From Dicyema japonicum (Eukaryota > Animalia > Dicyemida), in the NCBI GenBank assembly GCA_011109175.1, contig RDEW01000039.1, forward strand, positions 124,001 through 188,000: a stretch of DNA of 64,000 bases. Direction: 5' to 3'. Of the stretch, positions 1-13,049 are shown piece after piece. Position numbers and translations under genes: made by a program. The stretch's first letter is position 1. Each line of letters begins with the position of its first letter. Below the pieces are notes generated by a model that ran no database searches, was not told the origin of the DNA, and saw only the letters and a program-made list of their open reading frames with translations.

Positions 1-850
1 AAGTTCCCTCATAGCGGCTTCCAAATAAATTGTGAATAGTAGAGGAGAAAGAGAGTCTCCTTGTGGAGTGCCCGTGTTTGTTTCAAATTTTCTTGAATAG
101 GTCTTTCCGACTCTCACAAGGAGCTCAGTGTTAGAAAGTAGAATTCGGGTCATCCTTAGACTCGACTCATCAAGAAATCCGCTCAGTACCCCCATTAATT
201 TGTTCCTGTTAACCGTATCAAAAGCTCTTGATAGGTCAATTCCCAGAATATTTGTGGCGTTACGGTATCTTTGATATGTTGCACACTTCCATCTGTGACT
301 CCAGACCGCATCAGCTGTAGATCTCCCTTCTCGAAAACCACTTTGACTATCTGGTAGGTATTTGTAAGCAGATCCTTTTATTCGTTCAAGCACAATGTTT
401 GCCAAGACTGCGTAATGAATTTAGTAGTATGATGAGTCGCAAATTTTCGAGCGGTCCTCTGTTTTCGTTAGTTTTTTGTATGGGGATTAGTAGTCCCGTA
501 CCCAGAGGTAGAGTTGAGTTAGTTGAAAACATTTCATTTAGCAGTGTAGCGATTTTTTTCAAAAAGAAGGTCAGGGCCGTATTTCAGTAATTCTGGGTTT
601 ATCGCATCTGGTCCGGGGCTTCTGTTATTCTTGAGTTTTCGGCAGGCCGTTTTGATTTCCTCGGCCGTGATTGGTATCTCCAGGGGTCTTGGCCTTCCAT
701 CAAATGGGTGGATTTCTATGGTTTTGATGTTGAAAAGCTTCTCAAAATGAGCCGCGATGGCTTCAGTTTGTTCTTTGGTGTTCAGTATCAGCTTACCGTT
801 CTCGTCTTTTATGGTTCTCCTCACGAGTTCCTCGAACGGAGTTAGTTTTA
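1..850 (-). mobile_element. RTE-like non-LTR retrotransposon, RT region (frameshifted, runs off window edge)
   Basis: ORF 534..824 gives KLKNNRSPGPDAINPELLK. The reverse strand continues with SQSGFREGRST, ILGIDLSRAFDTVNR and TGTPQGDSLSPLLFTIY (RT domains 2-4). Confidence 0.85.
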
Positions 851-1940
851 ATGACGACGAGGAGGATCTTTGTAGGGTTTTCGTTACTGTCTCTTGAAAG
901 GAGTTTAATTTTTTAGGTTGGTGTGGGATATGTTAGTACCCCATGCCGCGAGCAGTAACTGATTGACGGAAGTATATATTGTTAGTAGAGATGATCTACT
1001 GTCGGGTGGAACCATCTCTTGTAGTATCCAAGTAGCGTTTTTACAAAGTTTAATTTTCTCTAGGAAGAGGAGATTATTTTGCTCACATTTTTGCTGAAGG
1101 TCATTAGTGGGTCATATGTGACCCCCAGTATTTTGGATGAATTTGTGGAGGTGATTATTATTCAATTTAGGGTCAATGGAGGCGCCGAGTTAGTTATTTT
1201 TCTATTGGAAGTAAAGATCATAGAGCACGACTTTTCAGGACTTGTATGTAGTTGGTTCCTCGTAAGCAAACAGTTCAGGTTATCCAGTGAATCTTGTAAG
1301 CGGGTACCCGCTGTGTGGATGCATTGGTCTCTTGTTCCCAAGATTAAGTCGTCGGTGTAAGCAAGGAATAGGATATCGTCGCAGCTGTATGAAGGCATGT
1401 CGCTCATGAATAGGTTGAATAGAATGGGAGAGAGAGGGATCCTTGCGGGACCCCGTTCGGTAGAAATTTAGTGATTGAAGATGTGGAATGGGAGATTATT
1501 TTTCGTCTTTGTATGTTGAGGAAGTTATCGAGCCAAATTTTCAGGTTGTTGGGAATGTTAAAGCCATAGATCTTCCTAGTGAACATTTTCCTCGGTATTG
1601 AGTCAAAAGCCTTCTGTATGTTAATGGAACACATAACGGTCTTTTGATGCCGAGGTTTGCGTTGAAAGATGAATTTTGTCAGGCAGGTAAGGTGGGTAGT
1701 TGTGGAACGAGCCTTCTTAAATCCATGTTGGAAAGATGCGTCTGGGAGGTAAGGTTTAATCTGAATGAGAATGAGTTTATCCAGGATTTTGGAGGTGGCC
1801 ACAGAAGGGATATTGGTCTGTACGAAGCTGGTGAGTGCTTCGATCGTCCAGGTTTTAGGTAAAATTTTGAGTTTGAAATTTTGATTTTTTAATAATGTGT
1901 GGCCAATTCTCCTAAGAAAATTGGCTTTTTCGAACAACTT
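850..1940 (-). mobile_element. Jockey/I-like LINE relic, RT domain
   Basis: ORFs 1404..1937 (QHGFKKARST, SINIQKAFDSIPR, NGVPQGS) and 1162..1407 (LAYTDDL). Confidence 0.85.
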
Positions 1941-1984
1941 TTAGCCATATGTTGGCCAATTTAAGAGTTAGCCAAAAGAGAGAC

Positions 1985-2290
1985 TTTACTGTATATGATA
2001 TACAGGAAAGGAGAGAGTGAGTCCCCTTGAGGAGTATCAACATTATATAGGAATTCTCTTGACATAACCTTTAGGTGTTAGATAAGAGAACTCTTATCAT
2101 TTTTAAAAAATCAGAGTCCATAAATCTTTCCAGTGTCTTCAGTAGTAGACCTCGACGCACTGTGTTGAAGGCCCTCGATAGGTCTCTGCCAAGGATTGTA
2201 GTCGCATTTTTGTATCTTTTATTTACAGCGCTGCGCCACTTTTGGTTCCATACTATATCCGTCGTTGATCTCGATCCTTGACGCAATTCA
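1985..2290 (-). mobile_element. RTE-like RT fragment (same family as 1-850)
   Basis: ILGRDLSRAFNTVRR in ORF 2071..2286, followed by TPQGDSLSP. Confidence 0.8.
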
Positions 2291-2817
2291 GTGTAACCAA
2301 TACCAAGATTTTACGTAGAGTATTGAGCAAGATATAAGGCGTAGGTTTTCCATTTGGTCTGCTGGCTTGTTTGGTTTCTGTATTGAGATTAGTAGTCCAG
2401 ATTCAAGCGATAGGTATTCCTTTCTGGCAAACAGAATTTAGAAGTGTTGTAATTTTATCAAATAGCACAGGGGGTTCGATTTTAGGAACTCTGGATTGAT
2501 GTTGTTTGGTCCAGGGGAAAGACCATATTACAGTTTGTCCATTGACTTGCTCAAAAGTAATTCATATTTTTTAATTGTATGGATTGTCCATGTACATAAT
2601 CGTATGTTTCTCCGGGAGCATTTAGCAGGTTTTCAAAGTAGGCCGTAATGGTAGATGGGGTTGGGGTTATTAGAATTTTTCATTAGCGTCCAGCAGTTTT
2701 ATTTTGTGGTATTAGCTTCTTGTGGTTATCATCCGCGTTGCATTTTACATTCTGGTAGGGATTTTAATTACCTGTGAAGAATTATATATGTTCAGTCAAT
2801 TTGTGTAACCGGATGGC

Positions 2818-3168
2818 ATGACGTTATTCACATACTCCCACGGAAAATCACTCGTCTGGGACGCAACGTGTGTGGAAACCGTCTCAGGAGCCAGATCGCT
2901 GACGGCGACGCACTCTCCTGAAGACGCAGCCGACCAGGCGGAGGCCAAGAAGATCCGTAAATATGAATCCCTTGGAGACCAATACCATTTCACCCCCAAT
3001 GCTGTGGAGACAACTGGAACCGTGGGAGCGAAGACGGACGCCATTCTTTCCAGCATTGGAAGCAAACTCGCCTCAAAAAGGTATGAGCCACGGGAAAGGC
3101 TCTGGTTCAGACAGAGGTTCGAAATGGCGATTATCAGAAATAACCCCTTCGCCATTCTGTCGTCCTAG
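2818..3168 (+). mobile_element. CRE-clade non-LTR retrotransposon 3' end (restriction-like endonuclease)
   Basis: GKSLVWDATCVET, AADQAEAKKIRKY, AVETTG, RERLWFRQRFEMAIIRNN. Confidence 0.8.
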
Positions 3169-3950
3169 TTATTTTCGAATAATTGTTTAATTAATATAAA
3201 AAATGTTTTAGGTTAAAAAATTTGTGTAACCAGTCTAGGTTAAAAAGGTTAAAAACATGTCACTAAAAAAATTTTAAACTAAATAATTATTGAAGTTTGT
3301 TTAAGCAGTTGTCATTTTTGTGGCAAATTACATTTAGAATTATTTTTAAAACATTTGTAAAATCACAAGTCAAGTTATTTTTAAAAACATAAAAATCAAT
3401 CAAAAATGGAAAGAGCTACAATCACAACAAACAGCAACCCAATGTTAGCATTCAGATTGGCATACACCTTTAAAGGGTGGTCTCTCCTTGTTGAGGACAT
3501 GCAGGAGGCAACGTCTCCGTCAAGTTTCACTAAAAGCTAAAATAACCGCGAAGGTTCAAAATCATTTACGATAGATAACCCTACTTGAAAAGGAAATCGT
3601 AGTCACGGGCAATGCGTGGATATTCTATATCCACTGAGTCCTCAAGGTCATCCGTCTGGTTCATTAATTCATAAAAACGCATCCTCAGGGACTTTAGATC
3701 GTCATTAGCAGATATTTTGGCCATTTTGGGAAACCCAGGATACAAACACGGAGTGATAGGGTCTTCATAATCAAGTATCACTACTAAGAAGTAGTAATAC
3801 GAGGAATTTTTGCTTACTTTATCTGTAAAAGAATCCAGAGACTAAAATTAGTTGAAAGATGTTTACTTCAAGGCGTTTGCTGAAAAAATAGTGATATCTT
3901 CCAATTTATTATATTTAAGCACTTAACACTGGGACGTATTGCATACCTCA

Positions 3951-4198
3951 GATGCCATGATGACCGCGAGTAATATGTTCTGAGAGCATCATCTAATTTA
4001 TTATCATTGTTCAGAAAAATAAAAAAATTCCGCATCCGGGAATCGAACCCGGGTTGTCAAAATGAAAATCCGAAGATGCCATGATGACCGCGAGTAATAT
4101 GTTCTGAGAGCATCATCTAATTTATTATCATTGTTCAGAACAATAAAAAAATTCCGCATCCGGGAATCGAACCCGGGTTGTCAAAATGAAAATCCGAA
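3951..4198. repeat. 124-bp tandem duplication including a partial tRNA-Glu copy (4028-4074)
   Basis: The unit starting gatgccatgatgaccgcgag occurs at 3951 and 4075. Confidence 0.9.
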
Positions 4199-4223
4199 AT
4201 CTTAACCACTAGACCAATGCGGA
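4152..4223 (-). tRNA. tRNA-Glu(TTC)
   Basis: Acceptor stem TCCGCAT/ATGCGGA, D-arm TGGTCTAGTGGTTAAGA, loop TTTTCAT, T-arm GGGTTCGATTCCC, downstream T-run. The anticodon stem has two G-U pairs. Confidence 0.8.
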
Positions 4224-4229
4224 CCTTTT

Positions 4230-4780
4230 GAATTATTTGCATAGATATTTTAATCACTGATAATTTGAAAAGTAGTAGGGATAATGGTGAACTCTGCGAT
4301 GTCCAATTAGGAAAAAGCTGGGGAACTGATGGAATGTTTATATGCAGACACGTCCCGTCTGACCTTATAAAAATTAGCCAGCCAGAGTTTAAAATTCACA
4401 GTAATGTCCACCTGAAAAAAATTCAAATTATATTCTTCCTGGGATCGGAATCGAATGCTTTGCAGACGTCAATTGACCTTAATCGGGTTTTATGATGTCT
4501 TTGCATGTTGAAGAAACCAGAACGAATGAAGTTACTCGGATAGATGAGATGACTTTTACCTGATCTATCATTTATGTATAATGGTTGATCATTGGGTTTT
4601 ATGATGTCTTTGCATGTTGAAGAAACCAGAACGAATGAAGTTACTCGGATAGATGAGATGACTTTTACCTGATCTATCATTTATGTACAACGGTTGATCA
4701 GAGAGAAATTCTTAGACTTTCACAAGGACGAGATTTTTGACATTCAGGACAAAAGAAAAACTGCTTTGAATGAATTCGGG
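4230..4780 (-). mobile_element. Degenerate Jockey/I-like RT fragment directly upstream of tRNA-Glu
   Basis: SIDVCKAFDS in ORF 4423..4680. Nucleotide homology to 22330-22796. Confidence 0.7.
4485..4700. repeat. 109-bp tandem duplication
   Basis: gggttttatgatgtctttgcatgttgaag occurs at 4485 and 4594. Confidence 0.9.
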
Positions 4781-4859
4781 TCCTTATCTTATAATTTCAA
4801 TATTACAAGATTTATGAAAATTAAATTAATTTATTTACTCCCGGTCACCAGTTCTAACA

Positions 4860-5640
4860 CGAACTTGTCTGTCACGTTGTTTACCACGTACAAAAAACAA
4901 TTCTGAGTCGAACCAAAATTAAAAGAATGAGGCTATTCCTATTAGCAAAACACCAAGATTCTTTGGGTCACCTTTGACCAGGGATACTTTTTATCCGACA
5001 TTTTGAGAACAAGGTAACTTTTGCTCTAAAAAACCTGAGAATCCTAAAAGTNGTTGTTTACCACGTACAAAAAACAATTCTGAGTCGAACCGAAAATAAA
5101 TAAATGAGGCTATTTCTATTAGCAAAACACCAAGATTCTTTGGGTCACCTTTGACAAGGGATACTTTTTATTCGACATTTTGAGAGCAAGGTAACTTCTG
5201 CTCTGAAGAACCTGAGAATCCTAAAAGTGCTCTCATAAACATTTAAGGCCAAAACTAAGAACATTCCCATAGTTTATGGACAATATCCGACCCACGATGA
5301 AGTCCTACTGAATAATGTTGATTTCATGCTACTCCTCCGTGAAACTATCCGTATTCCAGGTCGCTGCAATAAAATTAATTTGACTAGAGCATAAAATCCA
5401 ATCCATTGAAAATCTCTTAATAGAATTACAAAATAAACTCTTAAAGACGACTAGTTACCGAGCTGCCCTTTGTTCCCTACAATGTCAAATTATTTACAAT
5501 CATACAGAAAGTTTGAGTCATATACGATGACAGGATTTTCGACCCCACAAATTCATTGTCTCCCTCAATGTCGTCTTTATCAATGTCAATGTCACTTGAT
5601 GCAAGTTGTTCTCACTGGAGGATTTAATACTGCACTCTAC
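4860..5640 (+). mobile_element. Jockey/I-like LINE, RT C-terminal relic
   Basis: Encodes TP-KILGVTFD-like segments. Contains a 176-bp duplication around the N at 5052. Confidence 0.55.
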
Positions 5641-5960
5641 AAAGAGCCGCATTAGCTATAGTTCACCTCAGGCATGAAAAACACTCTATTCTAAATAAAG
5701 TTATCATAACTAATCCATAAGGGAGTCCGATTATTCAATGAGATGTTCACTAATGACGTCGTCATTCGTCAAGGCAATGTGCGGAACCTTTAGCAAGATT
5801 CCAACTAGGGGCAATCAGACCTTTTCGCGGCATTCGTTATATTGGACTTGTGTATGTATAAACTTCGCTAAACGCTACTTTCATGTCCTTAAATTGATTA
5901 TTTCGTCCTTTAATCATCGATTTTAATAATATTTAAAGAACGATTATTTCTATTGGTAAT

Positions 5961-7202
5961 ATGGGGAATGACGTTATAGAGGAACTGAAACGGCAAATTG
6001 AAATATACTACAACGAATGCCTCCGACTGGAGAGAATAGTGGGATTGACGACAAATTTGAGGTTTCTAGTGAAACTCATTTGAAGTCCTAAGGAGCTTGT
6101 AAATAAGCTAGCAGATTTGGAAATGGATATAAAAAAGTTGAGGAAAATTAACGATAACTTAAAACAATCTGAAGAACAATTGAAAAATAAACTCAGAAAA
6201 AAGAACGAAAAGGTCAAACAGTTTGAAGAAAATATCGGTTAATCAATATTTTTTAGTGAAAGACAATCTTGAAGAGGAATTAAGGTAAATTACTGAGCCT
6301 AACGTGGCAGACAGATTACACGTGGAAAAATACGGTTTCTTTAGGGAACGATTAGCAGCAAAGCCAATACGATTGCACGGGACAATTACTGAGCAGTTGC
6401 ATGCTCTTAGACGTCGAGAAATCGTGCTATTAAAGTACATAAAGCGACAAGACAATGTTATTGATGGTTTACTGAATTCAGAAAAAGATAACTCGTCGAG
6501 ATTTACTTGATATTCGAGCAGAAGGGAGAACTGGTCCACCAAAATCGAGTATTTTTAGTTATTAACAGAGGTTAAAAGAAACGGGGGAAACACGTGAAGT
6601 AATGAAAAGTAGCAAGAAGTCGAAAAAGCCATTTTCCTGCGTATTAGCATATAGATAATCTTGATAGAAGGAAATCATGGAAAGAAAGAGAAAACACGCG
6701 GCATTAGCGATACAAAAATATTTTCAAAAATCAATAAAAGGGCGGAGAAGACAAGTAACTTCAAAAATAATAGAATTTCAGTTTCAAGTCGAAGTTTTCA
6801 TCCAAAAAAGAGCGGCCAAAATTATCAAACGATCCATAAATAAATATAATTCTTTAGTCGATTGGCAATTTGTAGCAAATAGAGAAGAGCTTATCGGAGT
6901 GTTTGGAAATATCAGGTCATTCGAGGACTAAACACGTGGATCACCAAATATAATGCTAGAATGACCAACAAAGTGAAAATTTGGTTTATTTTGAGGAGAT
7001 ACTTGAAAATAAGACTATCGCCAGTAAAGCTCGGAAAGCACCGACGGAGAACAAAATAAACGAAGACCACAAAGAGGTAGTTATAAATTTATCTCAGACC
7101 ATCGATAACATCAATGGAGCGTTCTGCGGACATTTTCAAAGATTATTAAAATTGAGAGAACTTCATAAAAGTAAATTAATAAATAACAAAACTAACGTAT
7201 AA
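5961..7202 (+). CDS. Hypothetical multi-exon coiled-coil protein with IQ-like motifs
   Basis: Heptad-rich frames join through GT-AG mini-introns (e.g. gtttctagtgaaactcatttgaag). AALAIQKYFQ and AAKIIKRSI resemble IQ motifs. Model is not fully resolved. Confidence 0.45.
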
Positions 7203-7219
7203 TATAAAATTATTTCACC

Positions 7220-7560
7220 ATTATTTAATAAAAAAGTAATACAGGGTTGATACAGTTACGCCGGTCCCCTTTTCCAATCGACCAATCAGAATCCTCTCTT
7301 CTGAGGGATATCCCAGTAAACCAGACTCGTCTACGATGTAGGCATCAATCCTCTTTACGGACGTAAGTAGGGAACTAGGTGATGTAAAAGATGTTTTCTG
7401 TTCCTTTAGTAACCTCTCCGAGTTGACACAAATCATATTTTTGAATGTCCTGAACTAGTACGCTGTTCGTCTACCATACCAAAGTTGACCGATCTATGAG
7501 AGCGATCGGCATTTACTGCGACCTACTTAATAGCCGCTTTTTCCTATAAATTAATGAAGC
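7220..7560 (+). mobile_element. Jockey/I-like LINE 3' fragment
   Basis: The plus strand is homologous to the NKILxxxPPPIDxSE region of ORF 43320..43733. The listed minus ORF is its shadow. Confidence 0.6.
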
Positions 7561-8202
7561 CGTGGATACTTTATTAACTAACGGTTAAGACCGAGGGTGT
7601 CTCCCATTGCTATGGAGACGTATTTTGATGACCCACTACTGTCACTCATAAGTCACTCATAAGATGTATCCCATCACAAAGTATCTTCCTCGACCAGACC
7701 TTTAATATACTATAGCATTTAATGTAAGGAGCTTCAAACGGGAAATATCCACTCGTTATTTCTGTTTCTAGACATTTTCTTAAATATCAGACAACCAAGA
7801 AGCAAAACACGTAACCACCTCATTTTTTATGTTAATTTTTATAACCTGGGAAACACAGGAAAGAAAGTGATAGTAGCGAACTAGTTAAATGATCACTGTT
7901 CTCCTTATCCCCTTGCTATTTTCACCCTGCGCTCATAGAGGAACCTTACAGGTTCCAGAAAGTGTCTATACTTGTGCATACTGAGGAAGTTGTCCAAGTG
8001 ACAGGGTAGGGAGAAAGAATGGTTTTTACATGCCCATTGGAACTGGAAACCTTTATATTAGAGAACCTCGCCAACAACATGGTTCACCTCATTAAAAATA
8101 AGCCACTTTAATAATGTCAATTAACCATTAGTTTTCCTTTGTAATAGATTTTTTAATTTTATTATTCTCATTATTATCGACGAAAAAAGTTAGAATAAAT
8201 AA

Positions 8203-8502
8203 CTACTCCTCATGGGCAGGGGTGTCATTATCATACACTCGCCCAGGGCAGCAGAGAGCTTTGGTACGCTCTTGCTCACGGGTCTTCGCTTCCATACATT
8301 CCGAAGGTTTTAGCCAATTGCTTACAACTAGCCTGTTGCAAAGTGGACTGCACAAGAGAACTCGTGGTGTTTCAAGAGATACAGTTTCGAGGGGTCTCTT
8401 GAGCAAAGTTGCTCTTATGTAATCATTGATATTTCTCTCCACATACAATTGTCTCGAGTACCGCCTGTGGAATTTAGTTACGATGGAATTTAATGTCATC
8501 AC
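8203..8502 (-). CDS. Hypothetical 99-aa ORF
   Basis: Open frame between AT-rich spacers. Its 3' part has an 80% identical copy at 38899-38954. No family recognised. Confidence 0.3.
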   Translation of the reverse strand: MMTLNSIVTKFHRRYSRQLYVERNINDYIRATLLKRPLETVSLETPRVLLCSPLCNRLVVSNWLKPSECMEAKTREQERTKALCCPGRVYDNDTPAHEE

Positions 8503-8845
8503 ATAAGTAATTACATGGATTACATCAATGCACTATCATCAATAAATTGATTATTAAACTAATATATATGAAAATAGAATTAAGAGTTATTTTTAATAAA
8601 AACGGTTGATGGCAAAACCAAATTAAGAATTACTTTATATTTATTATTATTTAAAATTAATAAAAATAATAATTAAATAAAATGTTAAATAATTGAATAA
8701 GCTCATCGTTTTTTGGTGGTTGGCTGAGTTTACCTAATTTTTAAATCTTATATAATATTGACATAAATATAATTAAGTTAGAACCCATGAATAGAGAAGG
8801 AAAGGCGGACAAAAATAAAATGATTGTCCTACTCCCAATCTATAC

Positions 8846-11800
8846 ATGCCACAGCCTTTTTGCTTCTTGCCAAACATATACTGCGTAATCCGACATTATA
8901 ATCTCATATAGAATGGGCATCATCGGCCACACTACTCACGTCCTTATTACCCCAACATAGGTAGGACATTATGTTATTTTAGCTTTTTTTCGACCACCAA
9001 ACTGTCCCCAATTGACGCAATTCCACCTTAATTACTCCCAGGTTGATTATTCGCGTATAACACAGAACTTACATTATCAGAATTCCGCAGAAATGGAGGA
9101 TATGAAGAATTCTGGAGAAAATTTAAAGGATAATTCTGGTTATCCGTCTTTTAAGTTCAGAAAAGGCAAAAAAGATAGAAACGAATACCAGTCAAAAAGC
9201 GGAAAATATAAACTGTGAAAATTCACACTTGACTGACAAATCCTTTGGAAATTCAAAAGACAAAATGGACGTAAACATCAACGATTTTATCTCCCAAATG
9301 ATAAGACCGGTATTGTTAACCTTAACTCTTAGGATATACCATTTAATTCCAAAAATGTGGATGATAGTGTCAGTGACTCAAATAAAGCCAAGAGTGATTT
9401 GTTTGATTGGGCAAAAAAAGGGAAGATGCTTTTGCAGGAAAAGTCTATATCTGAGATCTCTAATTACTTGGAGAATAAAGAAAGAGTAGATTAGCGGGTT
9501 ATGTTCAGAACGAGTCATGGCTGGAGTCTTTTGAAGGTGATAGAAACAGTGTGGAGGAACGGTTGAAGGAAGAGTACAAAGACTTCCTTGGCACTGACAG
9601 TGAGGATGATCTGATTGATGATTTGAATTTGTTGGATTTCAACCCCCAGACAAAAAAAGAAGCCGACGAAATTGACTTTAATCGGAATGAGAACTCTCCG
9701 ACTGAGGGAGTTCCAGATAAAACTAAAATGGAATCAAATTATCATTCTGTGGTGAATAAATTACAGAACTTTTTTGCCGTCATGGACAATCTTGGATGTG
9801 GAGTTGACGCGTTTTTGATTCACAAAAACAACGGAAATGCAATATTTGACGATAACGGAAATATTTCCGCGGATTTAACGAGTTTCGTTTACTTTAATTC
9901 TATAGAATTAGTGAAATTCAGGCAAAGTTATGTGAAACTGGGGAATCTCCCAAACAGAATGAAATTGTCATCACGGTGGAGGATGAGGACCTGGAAACTG
10001 ATGTATATCCTGAAATTATCCATTAAGATGAATGATGCCACAAAAACGCAAGAATTGTCAAAGTCTGGGCGAGTAAAATACACGAGAGAGGAGATTTCCA
10101 ATATTCTTGGAGAATTCTCTAACCTGACTGGCAAACCACTTCCAGAATTTACGGTTTCCATGCGAGATGTATTATTTAATGCAATTAGTAGATGCTCGAT
10201 GATCCCATATACCGGACCTCTTCCGCTAAGGAACGGAAAGTCGTTGAAAAAGTAAGATTTTCTAACCTGGGGACTTCCACTGATGCAATGATCATTGGAA
10301 AGGATCATAAAGTTAAATTTTATTATTCAACGAGATTCCGTTGAACGAATTGACCCGCCATATTAACAGACTAACTCCAGGAAATTATGGAGAATGCATG
10401 GCCCTGTGAGGAAGCCATTTCTCGTATTTCTTCGAAACAACAGCTTGTCTCGGAGTCTCTCCTTAACGTAAATATATGTTATCACTGTTACAGTCCGTTG
10501 TATCAAGTTCGGTTTCCGTGATCCCTTTTTCTTTTTTGATAAATGATTTGACGGTAATTTTGGGCATTATTCAGTAGAAATCGTATAAGAGTATTTGTAG
10601 TGGAATCTTAAAAGGCTGTCGGGTATCTTTGATGCTCGTAATGACCCCGACACTAAGCTAATTCAACTCAAGAATCGTTTAGAGGTTTACGGAATATTGT
10701 GAATTATAGGAATTTAAGGGAAACTCAAATATGCTTGATAATAAGGAAGTTGAAATCTGAATATAGACATTGTAGATGCTGAAAAGAAAACATAGGTCAC
10801 GTGTCTTGAGATCTGTCTGGTTGATATTTTTGTAATAGTAGTCTTTATGGGTGGATGTACAATTTGGATTTGGTACCCAAAGATGAATTCTTTGCTTTTT
10901 TGACAAAATTGACTTTATCCGATGTTTCTGCTGATATTATCTGCCTGTGCCGACTACTTACTGTGGTTGGACAGAAATTGGTGCTTAAAGAGAGTGGGGT
11001 TTTTTTGCTATTTTATTATAAGAAACTTGCTGAAATTGTGGATAAACTGAGTGATTATGCTAAACATTCTGATATGACAGTGACCTTTACTGTGATTGAT
11101 TTGATTGATGATTATAAGGTACTTTTACTGTGACATGGCAGGCTGACTTTAAGCTGGCTGATTCCCATGCTAAGGATAATGCTTGTATTGCAGAGATCAG
11201 GCAGTCTAGTAAGGACTATTACTTGAAAAACAGGTCTGCCGAAGACCAAATGAAAGTCAAGCAGGTTTCTAAGGTTACTGATGACGGATTTATTCTTGTT
11301 GGGAAAAATTCGAATTTTGATGTTTGCTTAGAGTTTTCATTTTAGGCAAAATTTGGAGGAAAATGGTCTGGTAATGTTCGGTCAGCAAAGAAGGTCACAG
11401 AATCGACGATTGTGGTTAATTCACGATTTGATATGTTCACGAATAGTGTCTCTGCTGATGATCCACTTGATTCCAAGTAATACTGTGTTTTCAATTGTAG
11501 ATGGGCTCCTGCTTTACCCAAGAATTTGCCAGAACTCAGTGCGGATGAATGCTACAATAAAGCTAACGAAATTTATGAGTTTTGCATAGTCAATGATATT
11601 GAGGTTGACGTTTTTCTTATTATAGTCCGCTGTTTCCGTTTTTAAGAATTTATCAAACACGAGGTCAAGCCATGAAGTGTTGGCAAATTTGTACCTGATC
11701 TATTGTGACCTTATGTCATCTGATCGTGTGTGTTTGGTTCAGTTTTATGAGAGATTGCACAAGTTGAGCTTGGTTGGGTCAAATTTGATATGTGAAATGT

Positions 11801-12137
11801 CTGATTTTGTGTATTATTTGTTAGGGTGAGGAGTACGCTGGAGATGTATGACAGTGATGACTCTCTTGGTCATGACTTCCCCATTTTTGTGGCTGATTTT
11901 GCTCGTATAGTCTTGATATGTTGTGGCCACAGACCTGATATCAGAGCTTTATTTGGATGTGTACAGTTTTGTAAGAAGAAATATAATTTTATTTACTCAA
12001 TTTTGACTTTATTGAAGACTAACACATCGACTGACGTAGTAAGGAATTGCTTGACAACCTCAAAATTGGATCTCTCTGATTTTGAGGGTTCTGACGTGGA
12101 TGAGCTTTTCCCTTTTATTAGGGAATACATTAATTAG
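8846..12137 (+). CDS. eIF4G: eIF4G-like translation initiation factor (P/H/Y-rich N-terminus, 4E-binding-like motif, MIF4G, MA3; no W2)
   Basis: KYTREEIS (10079), LTRHINRLTPGNY (MIF4G start), RSRVLRSVCSLYGWMY, LCRLLTVVGQKL, LSADECYNKANEIYE (MA3 start), STLEMYDSDD..DFPIFVADFARIV. Frames join by 19-27 nt introns (one about 47 nt), but two 1-nt frame breaks remain (about 10250 and 10402). Confidence 0.6.
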
Positions 12138-12289
12138 TTAATGTTATTTGTTGTTACTAATGTTCTAATTATTTTCTGTGTTGTCAGCAGTATTGGTTTT
12201 TGTATAAGGCTGATGGATCTATTAGGTTTCTTGGGTTAACGACTGTCTCCGTCAACAGTGAATACCTCACTGGATAGTCTTCATGTACT

Positions 12290-12850
12290 CACACGTAACA
12301 AATATTAAAAAAATTAACATTCCTTGGCCCTTTTAGACAATTGTTAGCATAAGTGTTTTTTAAAAAAATGAGTGTGCCTGGATATGGGGGCAATAAATAT
12401 AATATTTGAGAAAGTGATGTGAAGATAATTTCTACTGTGCTAAGTGAATACCGTGGCGGATGACTTTGATATAGAAAGTTAATTAAGACGTTCAGATGCC
12501 TCTGCAATAACTAGATGAGAGTATTCTCAGAGTGCGCGTAATAAGCGTGAGATTATGATACTGACAAGATAGTAGTCACCCAGAAAAAAGGGAATCACTG
12601 AGGAGGTGATTTTATTGAACAGGGATTTGCATGGAGATGACATGATCTTATGGCTATAGGCTTGGGAGAGGAACTGCAGAGCTCTTATTTCCAAATAATC
12701 TCCAATGGAAGGATTTTTGATTCCTATTGAAGATTATCAATAGGGGTTGACTTAAGACATTCAGTAATTTGTTCTGGATTTTTTGTAGTTTTTTGAAGGA
12801 GGCAGAAGTTGACCAACAAGGACTTGCATAGTTAATGTGGACCAAACAAA
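12290..12850 (-). mobile_element. Jockey/I-like LINE, post-RT fragment
   Basis: INYASPCWS..KKLQKIQNKLL in ORF 12654..12845. Confidence 0.7.
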
Positions 12851-13049
12851 ATAAAAAAAGGCTGCACTATAAATTTTTAGTGAAAACCTAAACCGGAATG
12901 GACGGTTAATAAAAACGGTTAACCAAGACTGTTACCCTTAAACAAGGCAACAAGATATTCTGGCTTTAAATATAATATCTTAACATTTAATCCCTGTTAC
13001 CTTCAACAAACATCCTAAACACATTCTCAGTCGGTATTCCTTCTTAATA

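Noticed and set aside
1644-3155. ORFs 1644..1862, 2075..2281 and 2796..3155 as genes (likewise 7221..7436, 15402..15629, 43385..43657)
   Set aside because: They are antisense shadows of TE or host coding sequence on the other strand.
4876-5228. 176-bp duplication as a biological repeat
   Set aside because: The copies abut a single N and differ by scattered substitutions, typical of an unmerged allelic contig overlap.
8203-8502. TRM112-like assignment
   Set aside because: Only a faint ALCCP-GRVY resemblance, and the N-terminal motifs do not fit.
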